64,000 bases of DNA, from the NCBI GenBank assembly GCA_965287045.1, contig OZ336871.1, forward strand, positions 53,754,001 to 53,818,000, in the 5' to 3' direction. Positions 27,037 to 39,490 of this stretch are shown piece by piece. Position 1 is the stretch's first letter. The number at the start of each line of letters is the position of its first letter. Made by a program: the position numbers and the translations under genes. Origin of the DNA: Carcharhinus amblyrhynchos. Taxonomy: Eukaryota. Below the pieces are notes generated by a model. It did not search any database. It worked only from the letters and a program-made list of their open reading frames with translations, and had not been told where the DNA came from.

Positions 27037-28732
27037 AGACTGAGGCTTGGAATCCTGTGGTTCTGATGAACGGGGTAATCGGCCTCGGGTCGAATTAAGG
27101 CTACCACACATTTCAAACGTAACCGTTACATTTCGTAGTATAAATCACATAAAACAATGTGGAGGGCATCTTTCAAACAAAAAAAAGATCCTTGCCAGAC
27201 AACGGAACATTTGTTCAATCCTCAAGTGCAGGTTTTTTTTAAGTGCTGCCCGCTGTCAGTGTTATAAATAGGACTTGATGTTTTTCTTGTAACTGAATTG
27301 GTTTGATTTTTTTAAAAAATCAGATTTAATTTTAATTATTATGCATTGAGCGTATTCATACGTCTTGGTTATCATCGCTGATTTGTTGAGGGGAAATCGG
27401 TATCGTGCAACATCAAAAGGCCAATTCTTTCACATACTACTCTTTTTAAAAATCTGTTTTGTCCGTATAGCTCATGGTAGTGAAGGTTTAGTCACGTATT
27501 GGTGGAAATTTCGAAGCCATCGCAACCCTAAACTATTAAAGCAATCTTCGCGTTCTTAAAAATCAAGTCACGTATATTGAAAATGAGTTGAAATCGTTCC
27601 ATTTACTTTCGTACACGGTCCATGTAAATGCTGAATCCCCTTTTCACTGGTAAATAAACAAGGTCTTGTGTCTACATTTACACGGAAACAATTTATTCAC
27701 ACACAGTTTTGTGTTGGTTCGATTAGGGTGAAAGGCTATACAGTAGCTAACAAAGGAAAGTCCACTTTACAAATAGTCATTCACCTAATCAAAACAAGAG
27801 ATGTGATATCCGTTACTTGTTTCTCGGTTTTCTGGGATAAACATTATGAAGAATGTTTCATAATTTAACCGCGGGTTCAGCTATGTCGTTAGCTATGCGT
27901 TTGGTGAAAATTGCCGTATTTAATGGACCCAGGAACTAAATAGTCATTCCTACCACGTATACTGTCTTTTTCTGTCTGAAACAAGGACATCTACCGATTC
28001 AATTTCACAGTGCTAAGTTTCCTTTCACAGCTTATTTCATACAAAAAGTTTTCGGCAGCTTTAGCTGAAGGCTAAACTCTTAGAAATGGGATAGCTTATT
28101 TATATATATATTACTGTATATATTTTATATATATTTAAGAAAATCTTCTTCGCGAAATTTTAGTTTAAGAGCGATAGCGTTGCTAGGCTGACTTTATTTA
28201 TCCTACAGCTGTCAAGTCATAAGCAAATATAAATGTTTCTCTTGGTAGAGAAAACATGGCACAAGCTGACTGAACACTACGGCCTCTCAATTTGACAACA
28301 CAAAACAAAAAGAACTAATACGGTAAAAATATTGACACATACAATACAATATTTATCAATAGCAAATGGTGATATCCACTGCGCTCATTATTTGAAGAGT
28401 CAAATAATATCTAAAACTAACCATTGAAACAATTGGGATACTATTTGTGGAGTAAATTATCACATAGTAACGACTATAGAAGCAGAAACATTCACACTTC
28501 GCAATTGGAAAACAATTAATCCTAAACACCGTATAGTTATAGTATCCTGTGGAATGCAGAGCTATTTGAACACTTCCTCTACCACTTATACAATGACACA
28601 AACTCAAAGAGAGGGGCAACGAAAACAAAAAGAAATGCAAATATTGTTGTCTGTCCTGTTTGGCAGAATAAGCACATAAGAACTCACTACCAAATAGAAA
28701 GGCCCAGACTAACTTCTTTCAAATTCGCGCTC

Positions 28733-29119
<387 letters not shown>

Positions 29120-29180
29120 TTACGTAAAGTTTAAACTATGTGTCAAGTTTAATTTACCATTTTCTACTGTAAATACTCAC

Positions 29181-29610
29181 TAGAACTCGAATTCATTCGT
29201 TGCATCCAAGGATAAATTGGAGTACTGTACTTCCGGTCGTTTCCATCTTCACTTAAAATTTTGTTTTGCGCACAATCTGTTTTGTAATGTTGGTCTGAGG
29301 AAAAGAAGTCATCCTGGGCTCTATGCTTTCCACTACCGGATGGCGAGACACTGGTTAGATCCTTTTCAGGATAGAAACACGAAGCCCCATACTCATACGA
29401 TGCTCGATTGCAAGCTATTACTGAGTTGGATTGTTGATAATAACAAGGTGACGAGTAACTCTTATCCTGGAGCGTCGCTGCCCCATAGGAAGCAGGAAAG
29501 TGCCTTAGAGCATCATACCCCGTTGTATAGAGTGGGATCTGTCCGAGGAAGGAGTCCTGGCCACTGGGCAGTGAAACAGGGAAAGTAGGGTTCACAAAAT
29601 ACGAACTCAT
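29181..29610 (-). CDS. HOXA6: HoxA6 exon 1
   Basis: ATG at 29610 starts [28 protein letters not shown]...[11 protein letters not shown]. Donor A|GTGAGT at 29180; intron 188 nt. Confidence 0.95.
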
Positions 29611-32600
29611 TTGCTCCACACTCTGTAGTAATATGATTTGTTATGTATTAGTACACAATGTGGTTTAGCTATTAGTAGTCATCGAGGTGGTTTGTTTCAG
29701 GATGGCCGAGCGCCAAAGCGACAGCAGCAAATATAACCAGCTGATCAGTCTCTGGCCAATAGAAACCGACTTTGGTTCAAAAAACTCCCTGGAGATCCGG
29801 CGACTGAGCTAGCAAAGTTACAAACAACCAAATCAGTTCTGAACTATAACAGAGGTGGTTTTAATGGAATATTAGTGACCCAATAAGAAGACTATTAGGT
29901 TACAGGCTATAGTTATACATACTTATTCCATATAACCTCACATAGGGAAATGTGACTGTGCATTACGCATCCAACAATAACTGGATCAACAGTGATTAGA
30001 AGATAGATGATAGAAAATAGAGGGTACGTAGAAATAAATCAACAAATCTCTAGTTCTGTAGCTGTGCGTTCTATGTAGACTCACAGAGTAGTTTAGATAG
30101 GTAAATAACCGTTGCAAGGATTGAGCATTTTTATTCATTCTTTTTCCATTTGTATATGTCATCTTACAAGCACAACATTTTATTTGCTAGCTTGTGAAGA
30201 CTAGATGAGAATAATCAGACATCAGTCCCTCCATAATATGAATCTCTATCCATTTTCAACTCGGTAAAGAACAATAGCGTCTGCAACTACAGAGACCCAC
30301 AATATCAAGGGTTCCTAAGTGTTGTACTCAGTACATTTATACTGACAAAATAAACAGAAATAACCTGGTAGCAAGAGTATATATTCAGGGAAATGATTTA
30401 TAGATTTAATTTTGATATTCTTATAAAGAAAATCCCAACTGTGGAGCGCAACGCGGTTATCTCAGCTTTGAAAGGATCTCACAGTAATTGTGTGTAGGAG
30501 TAATTGTTATTGCACTAGCACTCTTCATTAAAGCATGCATGCATACACATGTGCATTTAGTACACAAACGCCATAATACTTCCAGGAAAAAGTATTTAGC
30601 CAACGTTCACCGGGTTTGTTTAAACGGCCAAACGACCTGCAGAGGCTCGACTTTATATTGGATAAGCCTGTATGTGGCTCCCTTCCATCAGAATGTTGTT
30701 TTAATTGTATATGATTGAAATTCTCTAATATTCCCCAAATCCCAACTTCGATTTTCCATAATTGCACAGTGTTAAGGTTTTATCGACCATAAAATAGTGG
30801 AATGTTTCTTTTGGAATAATTATACATTTTTGAACATCTCAATGGAGACATTTGTGTTTTGGAATAACAGAGCATTTACTGCGCCCTAAGCGCGGCATCA
30901 GATCGTAGTGGAAGGACGGAAGCCAAAGGCTCCTTGCTAAAGATCTCATTATCTCGTTAGTTTTCCTTTCCTGTCAACAATGGTTACATCACATACTGAA
31001 ATACCAAGGGTACTGCAAACAACACACATATATATTAATGAGGAATATGTGTTTATTTTTGCAGGGGAAATATTTAAGCACTTGAATAAACATTGCTACA
31101 GCACCCATGACCGAAGTCGAAACGTGCCAATTAGAGGCAATGATAAGGAATGAGGGTGAAGTGGTGAATGCGGTTGTTTAGTCGTCGGACAATTTTGTAT
31201 TTTTGAACGTTAGAAATGTTTATTTGGGATGGATGCTACCTCATTGATTGCAAGTTGTTAAAATGCCTCAAGTGGGTTAATTTTCAGTCCTGAAATCTTA
31301 TACCTGTCTCTCTTTCCTAATTATAGACAGACTAAAAACAAACCGAAAGCTGATCGAAATCAAAAGCCCTTTTCTATTCGAATTGTGAGTATAAATGCAG
31401 CACAATTATGGAGGAAAACGTGCACGAACACGCCAGTCTCCAACCCTCTTATTAAGGCCGACGCTTGCCGCTTTCCTCAGTTTCAGCCCTATAGCCTCTA
31501 ACCATGCATTGCAATGTGTGCTTTTTTTTCCCCCAATTGTACCTTGCATTTTAATAAATTCGAAGTTTTCTCATCTTTGCTGTTTATGCTTTCTTTACGT
31601 TTTATCTTTGGTTTTCGTTTATTCATCACGTCCAGGACACAAAAGTGAAGGTTTGAAGATGAAGCCCCCACAAATGCTCCACACGTATAATGGAGAATCT
31701 TCTCACAAGTTGGTATGGTGCAAATAACCGAAAAACAGATGAGCAAAAGGTGATATTAAAAGATGAACAAAAGGGCAACGTTTAAAGCACAGTCATTATT
31801 TTCCAATTAGGTGGAATCACCAATAACCACTCACAACTGCTGCTGCATCGTGTCTCAGGAAAACTGGAGAAAACAAGGCAATATAATTAGAGCATGAACA
31901 CACAGACTGGGGCAAATGGCTACTAAGGAGCTAATAGAAGGTATCAAACAACAACTCGATCTGTATTCATCGCTGAGATGGAAAACAACACAAAGCAATT
32001 TGAATCATTACATCCCTAATGTGCTTTGATCATATATTTTAGAAATCATTTTTGAAAGCAAATTTGCTTCTGCAGAAAATACAGCACCAATTAATTGTCC
32101 TTCCACTCAAGATTCCGATTAATTAGGAAATGGCCTGCGAAAGATTACAATACAACCGTTGCGATTTATTCTTTCCGTTGACGTATTTGTATTTCCGTGC
32201 AGACAGCAAAAACTTCCTAATGATAATACAAAATAAAATATCGTCAAAGATAGAAGCTGGAATGTAGTGCATTGAATTTTGGCATCGTTGAAATAAGGGC
32301 ATGCCAATCATTTTAGGGGAATAAAACCAAACAAAGCTGCAATATTGTAAAATCCACAAGTGTGTAAATTAGATTTAATTATGTCGTTAATAAGAAAGAA
32401 TTTTCTGGCTTAAGTCTTATTTGTTCCTCTGGTGATCAGGACTGGTGCAGCCTAATTAGTAACAGCAAATCTAATTTCCCTTGGCTGGTGAAATAAAACT
32501 GGAACTTAGTTTGCAGCCATTCGTGTATTTGACTGATTAAGAAAGATTTTACAAAATGGCAGCATTTAAACACACACCTCATCCACTCGATTTCATTCTC

Positions 32601-34959
32601 CTGAGATGAAATAACATGTCTTCTTTCAAATTGTGAATTGCGAGGCCTTGTTTCAAGTTAGAAACCATCTGGTTCTTTATATTACTTATAGCTGTGCTCA
32701 TATCCTGGTTTTGAAACTACAACTATTACAGGGAAACAGTATAAATCTTCTAATTGCTTTGTAGTGGCTGTAACACCTTCCGGAGCCGCATTCCTTGACG
32801 TGTTTAAATGATCAATATTATTTGCAGTTTCGGGGTAATCATAGTTGCACTTTAAGAGATGAAAATAAGTCTGCAATGCTTTAAGACCGGAAAACGGGCC
32901 TATCTATTAAACGCTCGATTCATGGACGACACTGTATTGCCATTTATTTCAAATTTCAGGGTTAATTCAAACTCTTCGTTAAATTCGAATTCATGTTTAT
33001 TTCGCTCTTATTCCAGAAAACAACAGCTATAAAAACTCTTTGACATCACAAATATGGGTTATTACTACAGTTTAAGCATATCATCAAGGAGACTTCGTAG
33101 ATTCACAGCGAACGGGTTTAATATTTCTGACTGCATCGCCAACTATGACTTAGAAATGTAATTACTTAATCACAAATACGCATATTTTACCTTCTCACTT
33201 TTTTCATAAATATTAACTATTTATTTACGATTGATGAGAGCCAAAACAAAACTATTTGCAGACATGTATTGCAGCCATACTAATTTTCCACTCAAAGACC
33301 CAATACAACCTTAGTGATATACTGAGCGTACAGGGGGTAATCATTCGTTTCTATGCGCAAAACCCATAGTTACAGACATTTAATAGCTAAAGAATGGTTT
33401 TCCGCTCCAAATGCCACTTTAATCAAATTCAGTAAATCCTGATATTATGAAAGCAAATTGTTGACTACTGAGTAAGGCCACAAAGCAACACATAGAATGG
33501 TTAATTTAAGAATGCAAGTCAACCATTTCATCAGCAACACATGACCAGGAGAGACGCTATGCAGCAGCAACGCAAGTTCGCCCACACTCCAAACGCACGG
33601 TGGCAGCAACGAGTTCAAAAAGGAGAGCAAATATCAATATCCACGCGAACACACACATTCGCAGTCAGTCGGGGCTAAGTGTCTCAGTGTCAGAAAGACA
33701 ACCTACGCGTTAAATAAAAACAATAAGACACATTTACATGCTCACACCCGAAATACGATGTGTTTGATCATTTTTCATCCTTGAACAGAATCAGCACACA
33801 AAATAAACACAAATAACTTGCAATCACGACACCTAGATAAACGCCAGCTAATTTGCATCAATGCACGATGTACATTTGTTTGCTCCCAGATAAGTTTCGA
33901 AGCTAACGATAAAAATGGTGTTAAAATACACCGCATCTGATACGAAATTTACGCAATGCAAGAACGGCGACTCAAAAGAAATAAATCACTTTTTCAGTGT
34001 AAGACGGGTCGTCGCCATCGCTGCAATCGGCAGATTATTTGTTTGCAACTGAAATGTGTGTTTTTTTTTAGCCCGTTAGAATCTGCAAAAACTTTCAATA
34101 ATACGAGACGCACCTTCAGTATTCTCTGACATGCATGACATTTAAAATCGCAATCGAGGATTGTGTTTTACTTAATGTGATCTGGTTCCTTATGCAAAAC
34201 ACTTTGAACGAATAAGACGGCTCTCGATCAAATCAACCAGAACGCACGACGTCAAAAGCATTATTCATACTCTTTTGAAAGCAAGTATATTTCAAAAATA
34301 AAAACAGATTTAAAAACTGCCCCTAAAAACCGGTCAGATTAGTTTCAATAGACACTCAACCAATTCTACACTTGAGTTAACACATTCCGAAGGTGATCGA
34401 CACTTTTTGCATCATATCCTTCAACTTTGACAAATCAAAGATCATTAAAGAGCGGCTGTTACAATAACTTTGTTTGAAGGCATTTTTTTAAAGAAATGAA
34501 TTTTGCAGAATTGGAAAACTGTGAAGAGCGAGTGGGCCTTACCTTGTTGCTGAGTGTATCTCTCGGCCTGACAGTCCCGGGCTCTGCACAGACCGGGTAT
34601 GGTATTTGCTGAGCCCCAGTGTCAGTGTGTGCAGAGCCCGTGCTAGTTTGACAGCTGTCCGTTCAGCTGCAACCCCGGCCAATGGCTCTCGCATTCCGCC
34701 AGCGGCGTTTGGTGACGACTTGCAGGAAACTGCCCTCCGGATTCGAGCCGGCTCTTTTTAATCCAATGCTCCACCTTCCGTGGAGGAATTCGTAGCTACC
34801 AGCCGTGGGATCTGTGTTGAAAGCTTGGAAGCATTGAAGCTCCATGGGCAATAATCACTAGCGCTGGGAGGGGGGAAAAAGAACAAAATATGCGTTGAAG
34901 AAAGCCCGCAAGCTCTCACATCCGAACCAACACGCGTTTAGCAAAAGAATGCAGCTCTA

Positions 34960-35145
34960 TAGTCGCAAGGGAAATTATAAAAAGTTCATGTTCACGGTTA
35001 CACTCCACATGACTTTCAGTGGCCAATGGAAAAACCGAACAACTCGTAAAGTTCTATTGCAAAGTTGTAAATTTTCATAAAACAACAACGGATTTATGAC
35101 ATTTCCCCATGACTATTAGGAGGCAGGTCTTAGACGCCATTTTTA
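34960..35145 (-). promoter_or_regulatory. Distal promoter / conserved element between HoxA6 and HoxA7
   Basis: CCAAT, CTCGTAAA, TCATAAAA, GATTTATGAC and a YY1-like GCCATTTT sit upstream of a CpG-rich stretch that ends in a strong donor. The position matches the conserved Hox6/7 intergenic element and distal promoter known in mammals. Confidence 0.6.
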
Positions 35146-36563
35146 ACAAAGACACAAGTTAAAATTGTGAAATTATTAAAGATTTTTTCCACAGTTTAAA
35201 AAAATAATTTTCCCTTTTCTGAAGTCGCGTTATCATGATAATATCATGGAATTTGATTTTTTTAAAAACAGAAATCTTTCTGTTCCTCCAGCCAATCTGT
35301 TGTCGTAACGCACCAATTCTGTTTTAGGCATAACCGTAACTGTTCTATCGATATTTGTTCGAGTTTACTCGTTTTTTGTTTCGATATGCAACAGTAACAA
35401 ATAAAATGGCTATGAGTTCGCCCATCTTGTGTGATCTAACAGCAAATTTAAGCGCCGCACCGCTTACGGAGCGATTAATACGTGCGCTTACTCGAAAATT
35501 CGTTCAAAGCTCTGCGATGGCAGAGCGACTGGGTTCGTTTTTTTCTCGTTTCAAATCTTATGTTTCTTATTAAACCGAACACTCTACTAGGCTGTGCTCT
35601 CTGTGTTATCTTTTTTTTCCATTTCCTTATACTGCTCTCAAATAGGTCACGATCCGACCCTGAATGTTTACTGGGAACTTTTTTGCCCACCTTCGTCCCA
35701 ATTCGAATATTTTGCTTTTGAATTTTGCCCATTTTTAAAATATATATTTATATATATGCTGGCCAATGATAATAAAGATTTGCTCAATCTTGGCATCAAT
35801 GTGCTCATATTCGAATTTAATTAGTATAAAAATTGCCCATTTGGCGTAGAAAAATGATGGATCAATTTGTTTATTGAAGTCAGATTAAAAGGCACTGAAT
35901 GGGCTGCGGTGTGTAAATAATTATGTGTTACTTTCGAAATGGGATGTTTTTTAATTGCTGCTATTAATTAGGTTATTCTTGTCTTTATAACAAATCTTGC
36001 AACCACTCATTTGGTGGCGTCCGCTCAGGCAAGAAAGTGAGACTCTTGTTTTCCAAGCACCGTTTAATGTTTCTTATTTTTGTTTGTCTACAGAGACTCC
36101 ATTCAAAGTACACATGGTTGGAACGAATATATGTATTTTAAATAGATTGCACCTTAAACCTTTAACATCGGTTATTATTTAACAACACGTACACAGATTA
36201 CAAAGCAAAACTTTCGCTTGACAAGATACCACACCGAATATGGAACCGCAAAATATCCAGTCGACGATGCAGTTCGGCGTTTCTATTATTACTTTTGGTT
36301 ACTGGATTTTTTTTATTTTATAAGTTAACAGTACACATGTATAAGACAACTGATACAACATACTTAAAGAAACACAATTACATCATTCAATAATACATGG
36401 TTTCTGTGAAATCTTTAGCATCTATACATTTTAATGCCATTGATCGAGGAGAAATAATGCAATCCCCTCCCCCTCTCATTACGATTTTTCTGTTTTTCTT
36501 TACAGTATAGTATTTAAGCACAGTACGGAACGATTCCATTCGCGTCAAATGTAAACCGGTATC

Positions 36564-37548
36564 TAGGTAGTTATCACTATTTAGTGTTATAAAGTGGCTA
36601 TACACGCACCTCATTAAAAAAAAACACCAGAATATATTTCACATTTTTACTCTCATATTATGGGCGCTGTTTGAAGAAGTGCGAGAAGTCAAGACTCCCA
36701 TAACAACACTATGTGTCTCGAAACGAATGTTAAATTAAAACATATAGGTAGTTTCCATAGACGTGCAAGGTGTCCACAATTGTGGTTTAGGTAGTTTACA
36801 TTCCATTGCTATATGCAAAGAGAAATCTTCTTCATTCTGCTATTGGTACTTAAGAACAAATGCAGGAAATGTTTTTTAAAAAATTGAACACAAATAAACT
36901 ATTTTACTCGACAAGTGAGTTTTCCGTCAGCTTTTGCTACATGGGCTAGAATGGCTCAAGTATTTGATCTCTGATTGGACTAGAGAATCAGTTATCACGG
37001 TATGTTTTTATTTCGTGAATAGTAAGCAGGAATACTGTAAAATGTATAAAGAAGACATGATCGCAGAGGTAAAATAAGTCTGAGAAATAGCTCAGTGCAT
37101 CAGATCTATTTTAGAACAAAACAGTGGCATATGGAATTTTAGATTAGAAGGATGGTTACAGTCTGCTCTATGGGCTATCATTGTTCCGCTGGTTGTACTA
37201 CTGGAGAACCCAGATTCCGAATCCAATCCCCTTCATTTTAATGACGGCGAATAAAGGTTTCGAATTTCATTCACTTTCATCTCATTATTGTGGGGAGAGA
37301 TTCTCAATTAAACTTGAGAAAACAAGCATTCCGATTTTTATTGTTTTCATACAACACCTGCGGACATATGTTCTAAATGCTTCCGTTTCCCCTTAATTAC
37401 TTCAAGCACGGAATCGGAACTTAATTCTTATATTCCTACCTAATACAAACATTCTGAATTCTACACTTTTGGACTGACACCCAAAACCAGCGAACTTTAT
37501 ATTCTAAAGACATGATTTCGACAGAGATTATTAAAACGCATAGGTAGT
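36564..37548 (-). promoter_or_regulatory. Four miR-196 8mer sites in the HoxA7 3' UTR
   Basis: Plus-strand TAGGTAGT (mRNA ACTACCTA) at 36564, 36745, 36788 and 37541; AATAAA at 36312-36317. Confidence 0.85.
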
Positions 37549-37671
37549 ATTATAAGTGCTAATGCACAGTATTTCTGAAATAGTCCAATATTGTAGTTTG
37601 CTCGTCAAATGTCATGATTAGCGGCTGAAGAACAACTTTCTTCGCACAGTTCAGCATTCATTGGGGGAGAT

Positions 37672-37989
<318 letters not shown>

Positions 37990-38705
37990 CTATTCATGTC
38001 CTTTTTACCTCTTCGCCTACCTAAACGCTTTCATAACTCATTGGAATATCTGTGGCTGAACAAAATATTCAGATGCCAATGGTCTGCTTTAAGGTGCGAA
38101 TGGACATTTTGGAATCTCGCTGCGGTCCTCTGACAAAGCATTTAAAGATCAAGGATCTATCCCAAGTTTCAGTGAAAGTCACTCTGTGCTCTCAACTCTT
38201 TACTTACATCCATACGGGTACTCCGAAACTGTTATTTCATCCAAGATAAAGAGCACCGATGTTAACATTTCAGACACGGAAATGACAGGTAACTAAAACC
38301 TTAAGCCTGCGTGCAAGTCCTTTCAACCCCAAATGTGTCAGATTCGAATGCCAGCAAATGAACCCGCCAGGTTCATTCTGATGGTCAGAACTCGTATATT
38401 ACCGCCCTAAAGTGGCCCGTTTTAAACACGAACTTACATCCACAAAGGGGGCGGGGGGGGGGGGGGGGGGAGATGGGAAGCTTTACAAGGGCCCAAAGAG
38501 CTCTCATGGGGTGCAAAAAAAACCTTCAATTCCACGGGCCTGGCCTAATGTGTAAAAGCTACTTTCGAACTGGAACATAGCATTCTGCATTTACTCGAGA
38601 ATATACAGTTTTCCCGCTTAACAGTTAAAAATAGTTCTTATTTGGTGTTGATAAAAGTGAGTAAACAAGCAATATGTGAGTTGCTGTTAACTATAAAGGA
38701 GCGGA

Positions 38706-38766
38706 AGTCGAGTGCTTTTACGAGGATTGTACTGATTAATTGTGCAATAAAAGTTTTATGATTGCT
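38706..38766. promoter_or_regulatory. HoxA7 intronic HB-1-type element
   Basis: TTTTACG, GATTAATTG and CAATAAAAGTTTTATG sites are clustered in the intron. Confidence 0.6.
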
Positions 38767-38909
38767 ATCTGCATACAATACTACATGCGTTTGAGGAACT
38801 GCTCCTCAGATATCATTAAAACTCTTAACTACCTTCAGGATGTAGTGGCGCTCATTTTAACTGGTCATTCGCACGTTTCTCGTAGCTATGTTACATTTAT
38901 GTCCCATAC

Positions 38910-39303
38910 CTGCATTCCTCATCCAGGGGTAAATCCGGAAATTGCTCTCTGCTTGAGGGTGCACGTTTGTCTGATCCAATTTTTCGCAACCCTGTTTGCT
39001 GAGATCGCTGCAAAGAACTGGAATGTTCTGGTCTAAGGCAGAGCAGCGCAGGTTGTAGGAATCTGAATTTAGATTATAACCTGTGTTGTACATGGAAGGA
39101 CCGTGATAGATTGCACTGTTAACATTGTACAGCCCGGCCATCGGGGCTGGGAAGGCGCTGGCGCCCGCTCCATAGCCGGATCTTTGTGAGTTGGTAGCAA
39201 AAGCGCAAGAAGTTGCTTCTGTAAAGCCACTCGCGTTCTGGAAAACGGATGTCCCCGCCGTATATTTGGGAAAAAGAGCATTCACATAATACGACGAACT
39301 CAT
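38910..39303 (-). CDS. HOXA7: HoxA7 exon 1
   Basis: ATG at 39303 starts MSSSYYVNALFPKYTAG...NFRIYPWMR. Donor G|GTATGG at 38909. Confidence 0.95.
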
Positions 39304-39490
39304 AATTTTGTCTGGTGATTTGTTGGCCAAGGCTCTTCAGTGTCGGTTTTACGAGATAGCGTGATATATGGCAGCATTACACCCCCGATTTACACCAAAC
39401 ACCCATTTTCCTTCGGCCCGACTTATTCCTTTTCACGTGACCTGACCATGTGATCCAGTCGCCCAATCGCATTCCACATCACAGGTGGTA
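39304..39490 (-). promoter_or_regulatory. HoxA7 promoter and leader
   Basis: CACGTG at 39434-39439, CCAAT at 39463-39467, CATATAT, and the CTCGTAAAACCGACAC Hox7 leader motif. Confidence 0.7.

Noticed and set aside
29611-29619. GTG/TTG-initiated N-terminal extensions shown in the ORF track for HoxA6, A7 and A9
   Set aside because: They come from prokaryote-style start codons; the conserved Hox N-termini begin at the downstream ATG.
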